NCBI GenBank assembly: GCA_035528775.1
Contig: DATKYA010000295.1
Span: forward strand, 1 to 28,538
DNA length: 28,538 bases
Direction: 5' to 3'
From: Planctomycetota bacterium
Lineage (GTDB): Bacteria; Planctomycetota; PUPC01; JABMSA01
Notes under the pieces: model-generated
What the model was told of the DNA's origin: nothing
Seen by the model: the letters and a program-made list of their open reading frames with translations, nothing else
Databases searched by the model: none
Shown: positions 1 to 8,273 of the stretch, piece by piece
How positions within the stretch are numbered: the first letter of the stretch is position 1
Layout of the letters: each line of letters begins with the position of its first letter
Translations under genes and position numbers: made by a program

Positions 1-271
1 CGGCCGGGAAGGTGCAGAGTACCTGCGAGATCTTGCCGTAGGGCCGCACGAGGCACACGGCAGATCTGCCGGGACCGGGGAAGCTGAGGCCGGTCATGAT
101 CGGCAGCCGGGCGGTGTGGCCGTCGCGGCGCACGCCGAACACCTGCGTGGTCATGATCTTCTCGCGCTGCGAGTCGGGCCCGCGGCCCGTCACGTTGCCG
201 TAGGCGGCCACGTTGTAGCTGAGGTCGCGGTTGCCCAGGATGATGTCCGGCTGTTCCAGCCAGACGATCAG
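1..271 (-). CDS. Start-less coding fragment running off the window edge; probable native C-terminal part of the GH42-like protein at 4738-8188
   Basis: The minus frame reads FLIVWLEQPDIILGNRDLSYNVAAYGNVTGRGPDSQREKIMTTQVFGVRRDGHTARLPIMTGLSFPGPGRSAVCLVRPYGKISQVLCTFPA with almost all codons ending in G/C. Immediately upstream (above 272) the codons become A/T-ending and there is no RBS+ATG. Not in the supplied ORF track. Confidence 0.65.
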   Translation of the reverse strand, partial: MIVWLEQPDIILGNRDLSYNVAAYGNVTGRGPDSQREKIMTTQVFGVRRDGHTARLPIMTGLSFPGPGRSAVCLVRPYGKISQVLCTFPA

Positions 272-389
272 GAATGAGTGAGCAAGGAGCGTAAACGCTG
301 TAGAATGAACAAGGACGGGTTTTGGGCGAGGGACAATGGCGGCAATGCCCAGCTCATTCTCTTTCGGCCTGACCCCGGAGGCGACGCCC

Positions 390-420
390 GAGTGGCGGCG
401 CGCAAAGCGCGCTGTCACTC
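390..420 (-). terminator. GC-rich hairpin at the end of the SPFH/HEAT unit (possible terminator)
   Basis: GAGTG...GCGCGC-AAA-GCGCGC...CACTC; overlaps the TGA at 415-417; no clear U-tract. Confidence 0.3.
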
Positions 421-1124
421 GGCGCTTCCACCGGATTGTTGGCCGTCGGCCATTGTTCTTTGCTTTCCGTTCGCGATAACCCTCCACTGTCTTACGTCAG
501 GATCCCAGACCAATTGATCCCCGACTTCGTCATACCACTTTCGGTAGACAAGCCAATAGGAGCAACTGTATTTGTCATACGGGTCAGGTGCGATGGGTCT
601 TGGCTGGATGTCATCCGAAACAGAGAAGTTCACTGTGGTCAGTGCCTCAGTGCGGCAGTCGGAGTTGGCTTCGTTGAGGCAGTCAATGAGGCTCTGAAGC
701 GGCCTCCCTGCGCCCGGATGAAGCCAAGGCCTGGGACGCCAGCCGTTGCGTGTTGCGGTCACTGCTGTTGCTCACTAATTCGGCGAGGAGTTCAATATGA
801 GCAGCAGGCACTGACTCCTGAGGGCACTGGGCAATACGCTGACCAAGCAGTCGGATCAGGGCTGACGTCTCCGTCTTGCTCGCCTTGGGGGTCTGCCATA
901 GTGATCTACAGACAATCTCGAGGTTATCGGCAAGTAGCAGCTTCTGCTCGGCCTCGACCCTCACTCGCTGCTGGCCCTGCGAGTCGGTGCACTGTCGGAC
1001 CCACGCCACAAGCTGATCTTCCGTTGAGACGGAGGTCTGCAGGCGCCCGACCCGGCAGACTGTGACTCCGAGCACCTAACCCAGCCCAGCGGCCAAGGAA
1101 CGCAACGAATCGTGAACTAGTCAC
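415..1124 (-). pseudogene. Frameshifted HEAT-repeat-like exported protein (ORFs 924-1124, 683-1075 and 415-762 are probably one gene)
   Basis: ...LASQALASSGRREA (ORF 683-1075) joins LQSLIDCLNEANSDCRTEAL...YWLVYRKWYDEVGDQLVWDP (ORF 415-762) by removing one base near 700. A hydrophobic N-terminus MTSSRFVAFLGRWAGL+VLGVTVC forms by removing one base near 1076. 710 nt minus 2 = 236 codons. GC looks lower than in the flanking genes. Confidence 0.5.
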
Positions 1125-1134
1125 CGCTTGACTC

Positions 1135-2658
1135 TCAGTCTTGTTCTTCCTTTTCCGTCGTCTGCTGCAATACTTTCTTCGCGCCCAGCTCGACCATGCT
1201 GGCGTTGCTGTTGGTCCAGAAGGTACCGTCGCCGCTGTATCGGTATTCTATATCGATATCCTCCGGGAGGCTCTCGGCGAAGGTTGCGAGGTTGTACTGT
1301 TCGGCACCCCCGTAGGCGTGGATCAGGAGTTCCAGGCGGGTGGCCTCGGCCCTTTTCTTAGCTTCGATGACGTCGGCTTCAGCCTGGCCGAGGGTCCTCA
1401 CGATCTGCGCGTCGATCTCGGCGGTGCTCTTCTTGAGGCCGGCGACGGTGCGGTCGGCTCCCGCCCTGATCTCGGCGGCCCGTTTCACGCCCAGCTCGCG
1501 CTCTTCCTGGACGAGCGCCTGAGTTTCGGCGTTGAAATCCTTGATGGCAATGTCGACCATGCGCTCAGCTTTTTCGAGCTGTGCGGCGACGGTGTCGCGC
1601 TCCTGCTCGAACTTGAGGGTGATTTTCTCTTCCTCGGCTATCATCCGGGCCTGAATGGTGGCTTTGATGTCTTCGTCTGGGTGGAACCCGCGCACAAGTG
1701 CGATGAGGAAGTTTATTCCCTTTTCCTCGCCCATTTCCTTGAGGGCCTCGGTCGCCTCCTGCTGGAATCTTTCGCGTGTGGTTCCCTCAATAAACTGCTG
1801 GGTGGTGAGGTTTGACCCGGCGTTTTTGCAGATACTGAGAACCTGCGGTTCGATGACTTTCGACTCCACCATTCCCACGGTCCCGTATTTGCGGATGATG
1901 CGCGGCGCGTTTTCGGGAAAGATGCCCCAGACCACTGTGAAGTCGAGGTGCATCTGCTTGCCGTCGGCTAAGGGGAACGATACCCCGGAGCCTTCCACGA
2001 TGTGCTGGACTGTTGTGCCTTCGATATTGACGTTCTCGTATTCGGTTGCGATGTCCCACACACGGTAGCCCACTTCCACGCGATCGACCCTGATCTTTTC
2101 CGGATTGATGTTGTAGTACCCGGAGGTGAGGACGGTGTCGAGTACGCCCTTGCCTTTACCTTCGCGGAGCGTTTGCACGCCCACATAGCCCGGGGGGATG
2201 ATGGTTGCTTTTGTGAGCTGTAGCTTGCCGGGGGACGCTTCGATGATCTTCTGGCCGAATCTGTTGATCCGCCAGGCGCCGGGGGTGAGCACAGCTTCCT
2301 GCAGGCCTTTCTCGTCGGGGCCGGCCAGAAAACGGCCGGGCGGCAGGTCTTTGCCGATGTTGTTCTTGACGAGGAGAATCTCGCCTGCCGGGATGAGAAC
2401 GTCTCTGACCTCTTCGACGTCGTAGGTCCATGGATTGAGATCCAGATAGCGGCCCGGCCCGCGAAGCTGCTCCATCACCCCTTTTTCGCCTTTCTCAGCA
2501 TATTGGCCTGTGGGCGCGTCCTTGCCGGTCTTTCGAGACACTTGCAGGGAATAGCCGTAGGGGCACCATTTGTAGCAGAATATCCAATTCCACACGAACA
2601 TTCCGACGAAGATGAGGATTACGATCGCGGGTATCGCGAGAACGATTTTCATTTTCAT
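1135..2658 (-). CDS. SPFH/Band 7 family membrane protein (507 aa): N-terminal TM helix, three repeated beta modules, SPFH domain, coiled coil
   Basis: GGAG RBS upstream of ATG; TM segment IVLAIPAIVILIFVGMFVWNWIF; three GxKG...LxPGxY/W..NP modules; SPFH-like FPLADGKQMHLDFTVVWGI...IEPQVLSICKNAGS; Ala/Glu/Lys-rich helical tail. Confidence 0.85.
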   Translation of the reverse strand: MKMKIVLAIPAIVILIFVGMFVWNWIFCYKWCPYGYSLQVSRKTGKDAPTGQYAEKGEKGVMEQLRGPGRYLDLNPWTYDVEEVRDVLIPAGEILLVKNNIGKDLPPGRFLAGPDEKGLQEAVLTPGAWRINRFGQKIIEASPGKLQLTKATIIPPGYVGVQTLREGKGKGVLDTVLTSGYYNINPEKIRVDRVEVGYRVWDIATEYENVNIEGTTVQHIVEGSGVSFPLADGKQMHLDFTVVWGIFPENAPRIIRKYGTVGMVESKVIEPQVLSICKNAGSNLTTQQFIEGTTRERFQQEATEALKEMGEEKGINFLIALVRGFHPDEDIKATIQARMIAEEEKITLKFEQERDTVAAQLEKAERMVDIAIKDFNAETQALVQEERELGVKRAAEIRAGADRTVAGLKKSTAEIDAQIVRTLGQAEADVIEAKKRAEATRLELLIHAYGGAEQYNLATFAESLPEDIDIEYRYSGDGTFWTNSNASMVELGAKKVLQQTTEKEEQD

Positions 2659-2739
2659 ATTCTATCTCCAGTCCTGGATCGTGGTTTTGATTTCGCATCA
2701 ACGCACGTAGGCGAGGCTTGGTCTGCGCCCCACCGTTCC

Positions 2740-4440
2740 TCATTTCTCAGCTTTCGAGGCTTCTTCGTCCTCATCGTCGAGCGATGCAAACCGTTCGAAC
2801 AGACTCGCAAACGGGCCCTCTGTATTGGAGAGGATTCTGTGTATGCCCGGCGAGAGCTTCTTGATGAACTGGTATTCCGCGTACTTGTCGCCGGTCTCGA
2901 ATGCCGTGACCTTGGCTTTCACGGCCTCGGCCTCAGCTTGGTTTTTCATCACGGTTACGGCGGCTTCGGCCGTTCCGGCCTCCCGCACTTGAGCGGCTTT
3001 GTCCTTTGCCGCCTCCAGCATGATTTCGGCCACGGCCAGGTCCTTCTCGGCCTTGGTCACCTCGACGGCCCTGTACTGCTCGCCGGCCCTGACTTCCGTG
3101 GCGACCATTTCGCGGATTCCGCCGCGCTGCATCTCGCGGTCCTTGCTACGCTCCTGTATGACCTTCGCCAGGCGGCCGCCTTCCCGGATGGGCTCGCCGT
3201 TATCGTCCAGCTTGGGCGTACCGCCCTCGATGATCGGTTTGCCGCGCTCATCGAGCACCGGTTTGCCGTCCTCGTCCAGCTTGGGCGTGCCGCCTTCCAT
3301 GGCAATGGTGCCGATCTGGGTCTCTATCTCCTTCTCATACTGGTCAATCTCTCGCCTCGAGATTTCGCGCCTGCCGTACTGCTGGCGGATCACGGGGGGC
3401 GGCTCGGTGGCGCGGATCACGAAGGACCTTATCAGTACGCCCTCGGCCGCGCACGATTCCCGCAGCCGGCGCTCAACTTCGTTTTGGACCTTGATGCGCG
3501 TGTCGCCCCTTATGTAGTCTACTGCGCGGTGCTGCCCGCCGATGGTCCTGAAGTACGACCGCGCGAAAGGCAGGATCAACTTGCGCTGGATGTTGTCTAT
3601 CCCGCCCGATTTCTTCAGGTCCTGGTCATCCACGTATTTCACGAACAGCTCCGGCAGCTTTTCGATGTCGGGCGCCCATTCGATGACGCCCTCAACCTTG
3701 ATGCCGAAACCGTACTTGGAGAGAAACGTGACGCCATACTCGTCCCTCATCTCGAACTTCTGGGAGCGGACGTCGATGGCCGTGACCATGTGAACGTGCC
3801 TGTTCGAGTACTGCGGGTGAGTTCCTGGCGGGAGCAACTGGGGCTGGGTGCCACGCTCGCCTTCCTTTACTACAAACTCATTGGGGTTTTCCGGCCAATC
3901 GCCCACCTTGAGCGTTACCACACCCATGAAACCGGGCTCGATTTTCACCATGGGAACCTCTTCCACGTCGAAGGCCCAGAGGTTGATGTAGTACCGCCCA
4001 GGTGTCAGCGGCTCGGCCAGAATGCCCTTTTCATCCTTATCCCTGGCGATAACGTCTCCCAGCGGGAGCGGCTTGCCGTACTTGCGGATCAGGATCCCCA
4101 CTTCCGCCTGATCTATGACAGTCGCCTTGATCGGCTTGGGCCACGACCAGTAATAGGGGTTGCGGAAGTGCCGCCCTTCGCGCAGGATCTCTAACTGCGG
4201 ACCGCTGAACTCCGGGTCCGGCGCCAGGATCATGTCGTTGGTCAGGTTCTTGCCGGTCTTGTGCAACAGCGGCACAAACTCGCCCTTGTCGACCTGTATC
4301 CTGCAGAAAGACCAAAAGTAAACGGCTACGACAAACACAATAGCAGCGATGGCGGCCACCACGGTCTTCGCAATAGAGCCCGAGTCGAAGCCATACCCGT
4401 TGCCCCTGTCGCCGCTTCCCGCATCATAACGATCAATCAT
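2740..4440 (-). CDS. SPFH/Band 7 family membrane protein (566 aa), paralog of the downstream SPFH gene
   Basis: Start moved from the track's 4680 to the ATG at 4440 (AGGAGG RBS). TM segment IAKTVVAAIAAIVFVVAVYFWSF; three repeated modules ending LxPGRY/H..NP; SPFH-like FLSKYGFGIKVEGVIEW...FARSYFRTIGG; coiled-coil tail AEAAVTVMKNQAEAEAVKAKV. Confidence 0.85.
   Translation of the reverse strand: MIDRYDAGSGDRGNGYGFDSGSIAKTVVAAIAAIVFVVAVYFWSFCRIQVDKGEFVPLLHKTGKNLTNDMILAPDPEFSGPQLEILREGRHFRNPYYWSWPKPIKATVIDQAEVGILIRKYGKPLPLGDVIARDKDEKGILAEPLTPGRYYINLWAFDVEEVPMVKIEPGFMGVVTLKVGDWPENPNEFVVKEGERGTQPQLLPPGTHPQYSNRHVHMVTAIDVRSQKFEMRDEYGVTFLSKYGFGIKVEGVIEWAPDIEKLPELFVKYVDDQDLKKSGGIDNIQRKLILPFARSYFRTIGGQHRAVDYIRGDTRIKVQNEVERRLRESCAAEGVLIRSFVIRATEPPPVIRQQYGRREISRREIDQYEKEIETQIGTIAMEGGTPKLDEDGKPVLDERGKPIIEGGTPKLDDNGEPIREGGRLAKVIQERSKDREMQRGGIREMVATEVRAGEQYRAVEVTKAEKDLAVAEIMLEAAKDKAAQVREAGTAEAAVTVMKNQAEAEAVKAKVTAFETGDKYAEYQFIKKLSPGIHRILSNTEGPFASLFERFASLDDEDEEASKAEK
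3184..3300 (-). repeat. Intragenic duplication encoding EGGTPKLD(E/D)xGxP twice and three LDxxGxP units
   Basis: DNA repeat TCGTCCAGCTTGGGCGT(A/G)CCGCC at 3203-3225 and 3272-3294, 69 nt apart; protein MEGGTPKLDEDGKPVLDERGKPIIEGGTPKLDDNGEPIREGG. Confidence 0.85.
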
Positions 4441-4596
4441 GTCTTTTCCTCCTGAAACCAAATGAAAACGTCGAGCTACCTGCGGCGCTCGCCCTGCAGT
4501 CAGTAAGGGTGATCGGCTGCCCGGGACAGATCCTTTGCGTTCGGCAGCCGCCGCAGCCCCGTCTGATACACCCCACGGGCGATGAAACGCGCGCAC

Positions 4597-4625
4597 ATGA
4601 TACAACATTCCCCTTCGGAAGTCAA
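4597..4625 (-). promoter_or_regulatory. Sigma70-type promoter for the SPFH operon
   Basis: Minus strand TTGACT (4625-4620), 17-nt spacer, TATCAT (4602-4597), about 155 nt upstream of the ATG at 4440. Confidence 0.7.
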
Positions 4626-4737
4626 GCATAACCCGAAGGAATTGGCCCTGCGCGGGTACATCGTGACCCACCCCCTGCATCGCTGAGGTGCAGCGGTGAC
4701 AAATCAGGAAAGAGATTGCGTGAGGCCTTGCGGCCGT

Positions 4738-4968
4738 TCATTCCGAGCACTTGCTCTGCAACCTGTTCCGAACGTAGATCAGGTCGAGAATGTTGACCGC
4801 GCAATCGTCATTGTAATCACCCGGCAGCCGCCAGCCGTATTGGGCAAGTACCGTGTGCCGGTCGCCCATCGTCACCTCCAGTTCATTGAACGGACTGCCT
4901 TCGCTCAGAATGACCGGCACGTTGTCCACCACCCAGAACTCGAAGTAGTACGTCTTCCCGCCGATGCC
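4738..4968 (-). other. Beta-rich linker module plus single-loop dockerin-like tail fused in frame to the GH42-like ORF
   Basis: GIGGKTYYFEFWVVDNVP...HTVLAQYGWRLPGDYNDDCAVNILDLIYVRNRLQSKCSE; the last part matches the dockerin at 15630-15806 (GDVNYDGIVNILDLIFVRGRL / INIMDLIYLRTRLTNTCP). Confidence 0.75.
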
Positions 4969-7900
4969 GAACGAGTTTCCCATCCGGTGGCCCACGCCGG
5001 CCGTGCCGAAGCCGATTCGCGGGGCGTTGCGGGTGATCCGCGCTTCCTTTCCGAAGGCCTTGCGAATCGCCTCCGCCAGCTTCCGGGCCGCCGGCATGAA
5101 CGTGGGCTGCTCGGCGCTGATCGAGATGCCCTCCGGCCCGCGCTCCGCCAGGAACTCGATGATCTGCTTTTCGCCGATGACGACGTGCTCGCGCGGCTTC
5201 TCCCTGCCGGCTGCAATCTTCTTCACGGCCTCGCACACCTGTTCGTCGCTCAGCCCGCCGTGCACGCGGTTGCCCTCGTACAGGCGGATCACGCCATCGG
5301 TGGACAACGCCAGCATGCGCGCCATCGACGGTTCGATCATCGTCTGCAGCGTCAGCGAGCCGCCCTTCTTCTCGAACGGCACCGCACAACCCAGCGAGAT
5401 ATCGTAGATGCCGGTCACGTCGCCGCGGTCCACCTGGATGGCGAGTTGCTTGCTGCTCATTTCGAGCTCAAGCGTGCCGGGTGCAGGCCGTAGGCGCCCT
5501 CGCGGTTGAACACTTCCATGTACGTGTTGGTGTTATCGGGGCCGCGCCGGAAGATCAATTCCACCGAGCGCGGCGGCGTGGCACGGTACCAGAAGTAGTC
5601 GCGGTAGCGCTGCGTGCTGCGCGGCCAGGTGCCTTCCGCGTAGGCGGCGTCGTACGTTGACGATCGCGGGCATTCTTCGTCGATCACCCTGCCTTCGTTG
5701 TTGAACTGCACCTTCTGGAACAGCATCTCCACCCACCGGAAAATCCCCTGCTGGAAAACCGAGCCTTGCGGCGCGTGCGGCCAGTTGCTGCCGTAGTGCT
5801 GCCAGTAGACCAGCGACAGGAACGACTCGCGACCGACGGGGTACCCGATGGCGACGGCCTGCCCCTTGCCGAATGTGTTGCGAACGACGGCCGGCTTGCC
5901 GTCGCCGCTGTAGACTTCGAGCACCTCGGCGCCGTCCCGCGGCTTGAACGTGCAGAACAGTGTTTGCATGGTGTCGGCGGCGGTGTCGCGGTAGCGCTTG
6001 TCCGGCTGCCACACACCTTCCGGGCCGTCCTTGCGGGGCGAGGTGAGGGGCGAGTGCGCCACCGTCGCGCGCCCGATGAACGACTCGAAGTCCGCCCCGA
6101 GCACGTCGGCGAGCTGGCCCGGCATGCGGGCGTCCATGTTCTCGTCGTGGATCGCCGCGGCGCTCGTGGCGATGAGGATGCCGCCGTTCGACACGAACTG
6201 CCGGATCTTCTCCGCCACGTCTGCCGGCAGCGCCTGCACGGCCGGCATCACCAGCATCTGGCAGGCACTCAATCCGCCCGCGCGGATCTGCTCCTCGGTG
6301 AGCATGTCCTGGCTGAGGCCGATCGAATCAAGAATCCGCCCCCAGCCGATGCAGCCGATCTTGTTGTAGTTTGCCGGGCCAACGTTGAAGCCGTACGTGC
6401 CGCCCACATAGTCGCTGATGAACGACTGGAACTTGCCGGACGTATCGGACAGCAGCAATGCGACCTGCGGCGCCGGCCGGGTGTTGAGCATCTCGGGGGC
6501 CATGCCCTGCGCGCGCTCGTGGAACCGGCGCCAGCCCAGCAGCGAGCTGAATTCCCACCGGAGATCGTAGTAGAACACCTGCTCGCCCCAGATGAACCCG
6601 CGCACCTGCGGCAGCGAGAACAGCGTGAGCGTGTCGTGGGCGTAGCCGCTCATCGCGTACTGCGAGTATGCATCGCCCGCGCCCGCGTGTGTAAACGCGA
6701 TCGAGTAATGGCTCGGCGAGTAGGCACGGCGCAGGTTGTCCCAGATGTTCTCCAGCGAGAAGCCGAGCGGGATCAGCCCCAGCTCGCGGATCAGCCGCTC
6801 GTTGTTGCGGCCGGTCATCGCTTCGTTGGCCTCGGCCACTTCCGATGAGAACGAGCACAGGGGCAGGCCGCGGTCGATCTCGCGCAGTGCCTGCACCTGC
6901 GGACGCAGATAGTCGATATACTCCTGCTCGCGCCAGCAGACGAGGTCGATCATCATTCGTTTCTGCCCGGGATCGGCGGTGCCGGCGGTCTGGAGTTTTT
7001 CGGGGATGATCGCGCCCGACGCGTCGAACTGTGCGCCCCAGCGTGCCCGCGGGTCGATCTTGTTTTCCGCCAGCCATCGGCGGAACCGGGCCGTCGCCTG
7101 CTCGCCTGCGCACCACGGCAGGGTGGAATCAAGCTCCACAGCCAGGATTCGCACGCCGGCGTCGCGCAGCCGCCGCACGAGCGCCTGGGCGTACCGGCCA
7201 AACGCCTCCGCCACCTCGCCGTCGAACATGTTCATCGGGGTGCGCTCCGGCTTTGCCGACACCTGGCTGAACGCGAAGGCGTCGCCCCGCCGCCGGTTCT
7301 CGGTGATCGGCTTGCCGTCCGGCCCCACGAGGACGGCGCGGTCCCCGATCCGCTGCCGCAGCCAGTCGGACGGGCTGTCGGAGAACGACAGCAGGGGCAG
7401 GATCAGCCCGAGATCGTGCTGCACGACCATGCTGGCGGCTTCGTCGATCTTCGACCAGTCGTACTTCCCCGGCTCGGTCTCGACGACCGACCAGTCGAAC
7501 AGGTCGGCGTCGTACGGGCGGATGAAGCTGACGCCGGCCTCCTGCGCCTGCTTCAGCAGCCAGTCGGGCGGGTATCCGTGCAGGTTCAGCACGTGAAGGT
7601 AAGCCTGGGGGCGGATGGCGATGCACCAGCCGAGCTCGAAGCCGTCGCCCACGGCGTTGCGGATGGACGGCGGCACGTCGGGATAACTGGCCGCGGGCAG
7701 CGTCTGCAGCCGGAACGGCGCCTTGGCGGCCGCCGCTTCGTTCACGGCGGAAATCGCGTCCTTCAGCATACGCCGCGTCTTCTCGTAGAATACCGCGGTG
7801 CGGGCCGCCGCCTCCGGGATGAACCCGCGGAACGCATCCAGCTCCTCTTGCAGGTTCGGGTGCTCCTTCGCACTCGAATACGAATGCAGGGAAGCGGATG

Positions 7901-8188
7901 TCACGTCCATCGTGTAGAGGTAATCGAACAGCCACGTGCCTTCGAGGTGGACGTCCTCCGCGATGGCTTCCGGCTGTCGAGTGCGAAGCCTCGGCCGTAG
8001 GTGAAGACGGTCTTCAGATCCTGTGCGTTCTTGACGGCCCGCATGGCGAGCGTGCGGCACTGGTCAAACTGCTCGAGCGCGCGGGACACCTCAGGCCGCA
8101 GGTCATCGGCGCCGGCCGAGGAACCGCCGGCCATCATCATCAGCGCGATCGCCGGAAGCACGAACCCGAAATGCACGGTGCGTTTCAT
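4738..8188 (-). CDS. Secreted GH42-like (clan GH-A fold) protein with beta-galactosidase trimerisation-like domain; two -1 frameshifts (about 7972 and 5480); ends in a dockerin-like tail
   Basis: Signal peptide MKRTVHFGFVLPAIALMMMAGGSSAGA from the ATG at 8188. FDWSVVETEPGKYDWSKID is typical of GH42/GH35-like barrels. RPAPQVALLLS...MLVMPAVQALPADVAEKIRQFVSNGGILIAT resembles the trimerisation domain. ORFs 7901-8344, 5457-8060 and 4738-5460 join by adding one base each in the plus-strand G runs at 7972-7973 and 5479-5481 (3451+2 nt = 1151 codons). Confidence 0.75.
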
Positions 8189-8273
8189 CCCGTTCCCCTG
8201 AGGCGGACAAGCCGCAGCCAAGAAAGAATGCCACGAAGATACGAAGGAAACGCACGAAGAAGACGAATGATGG

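Larger units (their letters stand above)
272..4968. other. Candidate 4.7 kb inserted segment splitting the GH42-like gene
   Basis: Bounded by an imperfect 8-bp direct repeat (GAATGAGT 272-279; GAACGAGT 4969-4976). Both copies lie in the same codon phase of the two gene halves. No recombinase or transposase inside. Confidence 0.45.

Noticed and set aside
272-359. 7-bp inverted repeat GAATGAG/CTCATTC at the left junction
   Set aside because: Too short to distinguish from chance, with no matching structure at the right junction.
4515-4550. c-di-GMP-I riboswitch suggested by ACGCAAAG
   Set aside because: The other conserved elements (GGCAAACC, GNRA tetraloop/receptor) are absent.
4441-4680. 80-aa N-terminal extension of the SPFH ORF in the track
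   Set aside because: It overlaps a good sigma70 promoter, and an AGGAGG RBS marks the ATG at 4440.
272-4968. Calling the inserted segment an IS, prophage or integrative element
   Set aside because: No transposase, integrase, terminal inverted repeats or phage genes; kept only as a candidate insertion.
5470-5490. Programmed ribosomal frameshift or translational coupling at the ATGA overlap of ORFs 5457-8060 and 4738-5460
   Set aside because: No slippery heptamer or RBS; the upstream in-frame codons (PGTLELE) look coding, so a single-base deletion is the simpler explanation.
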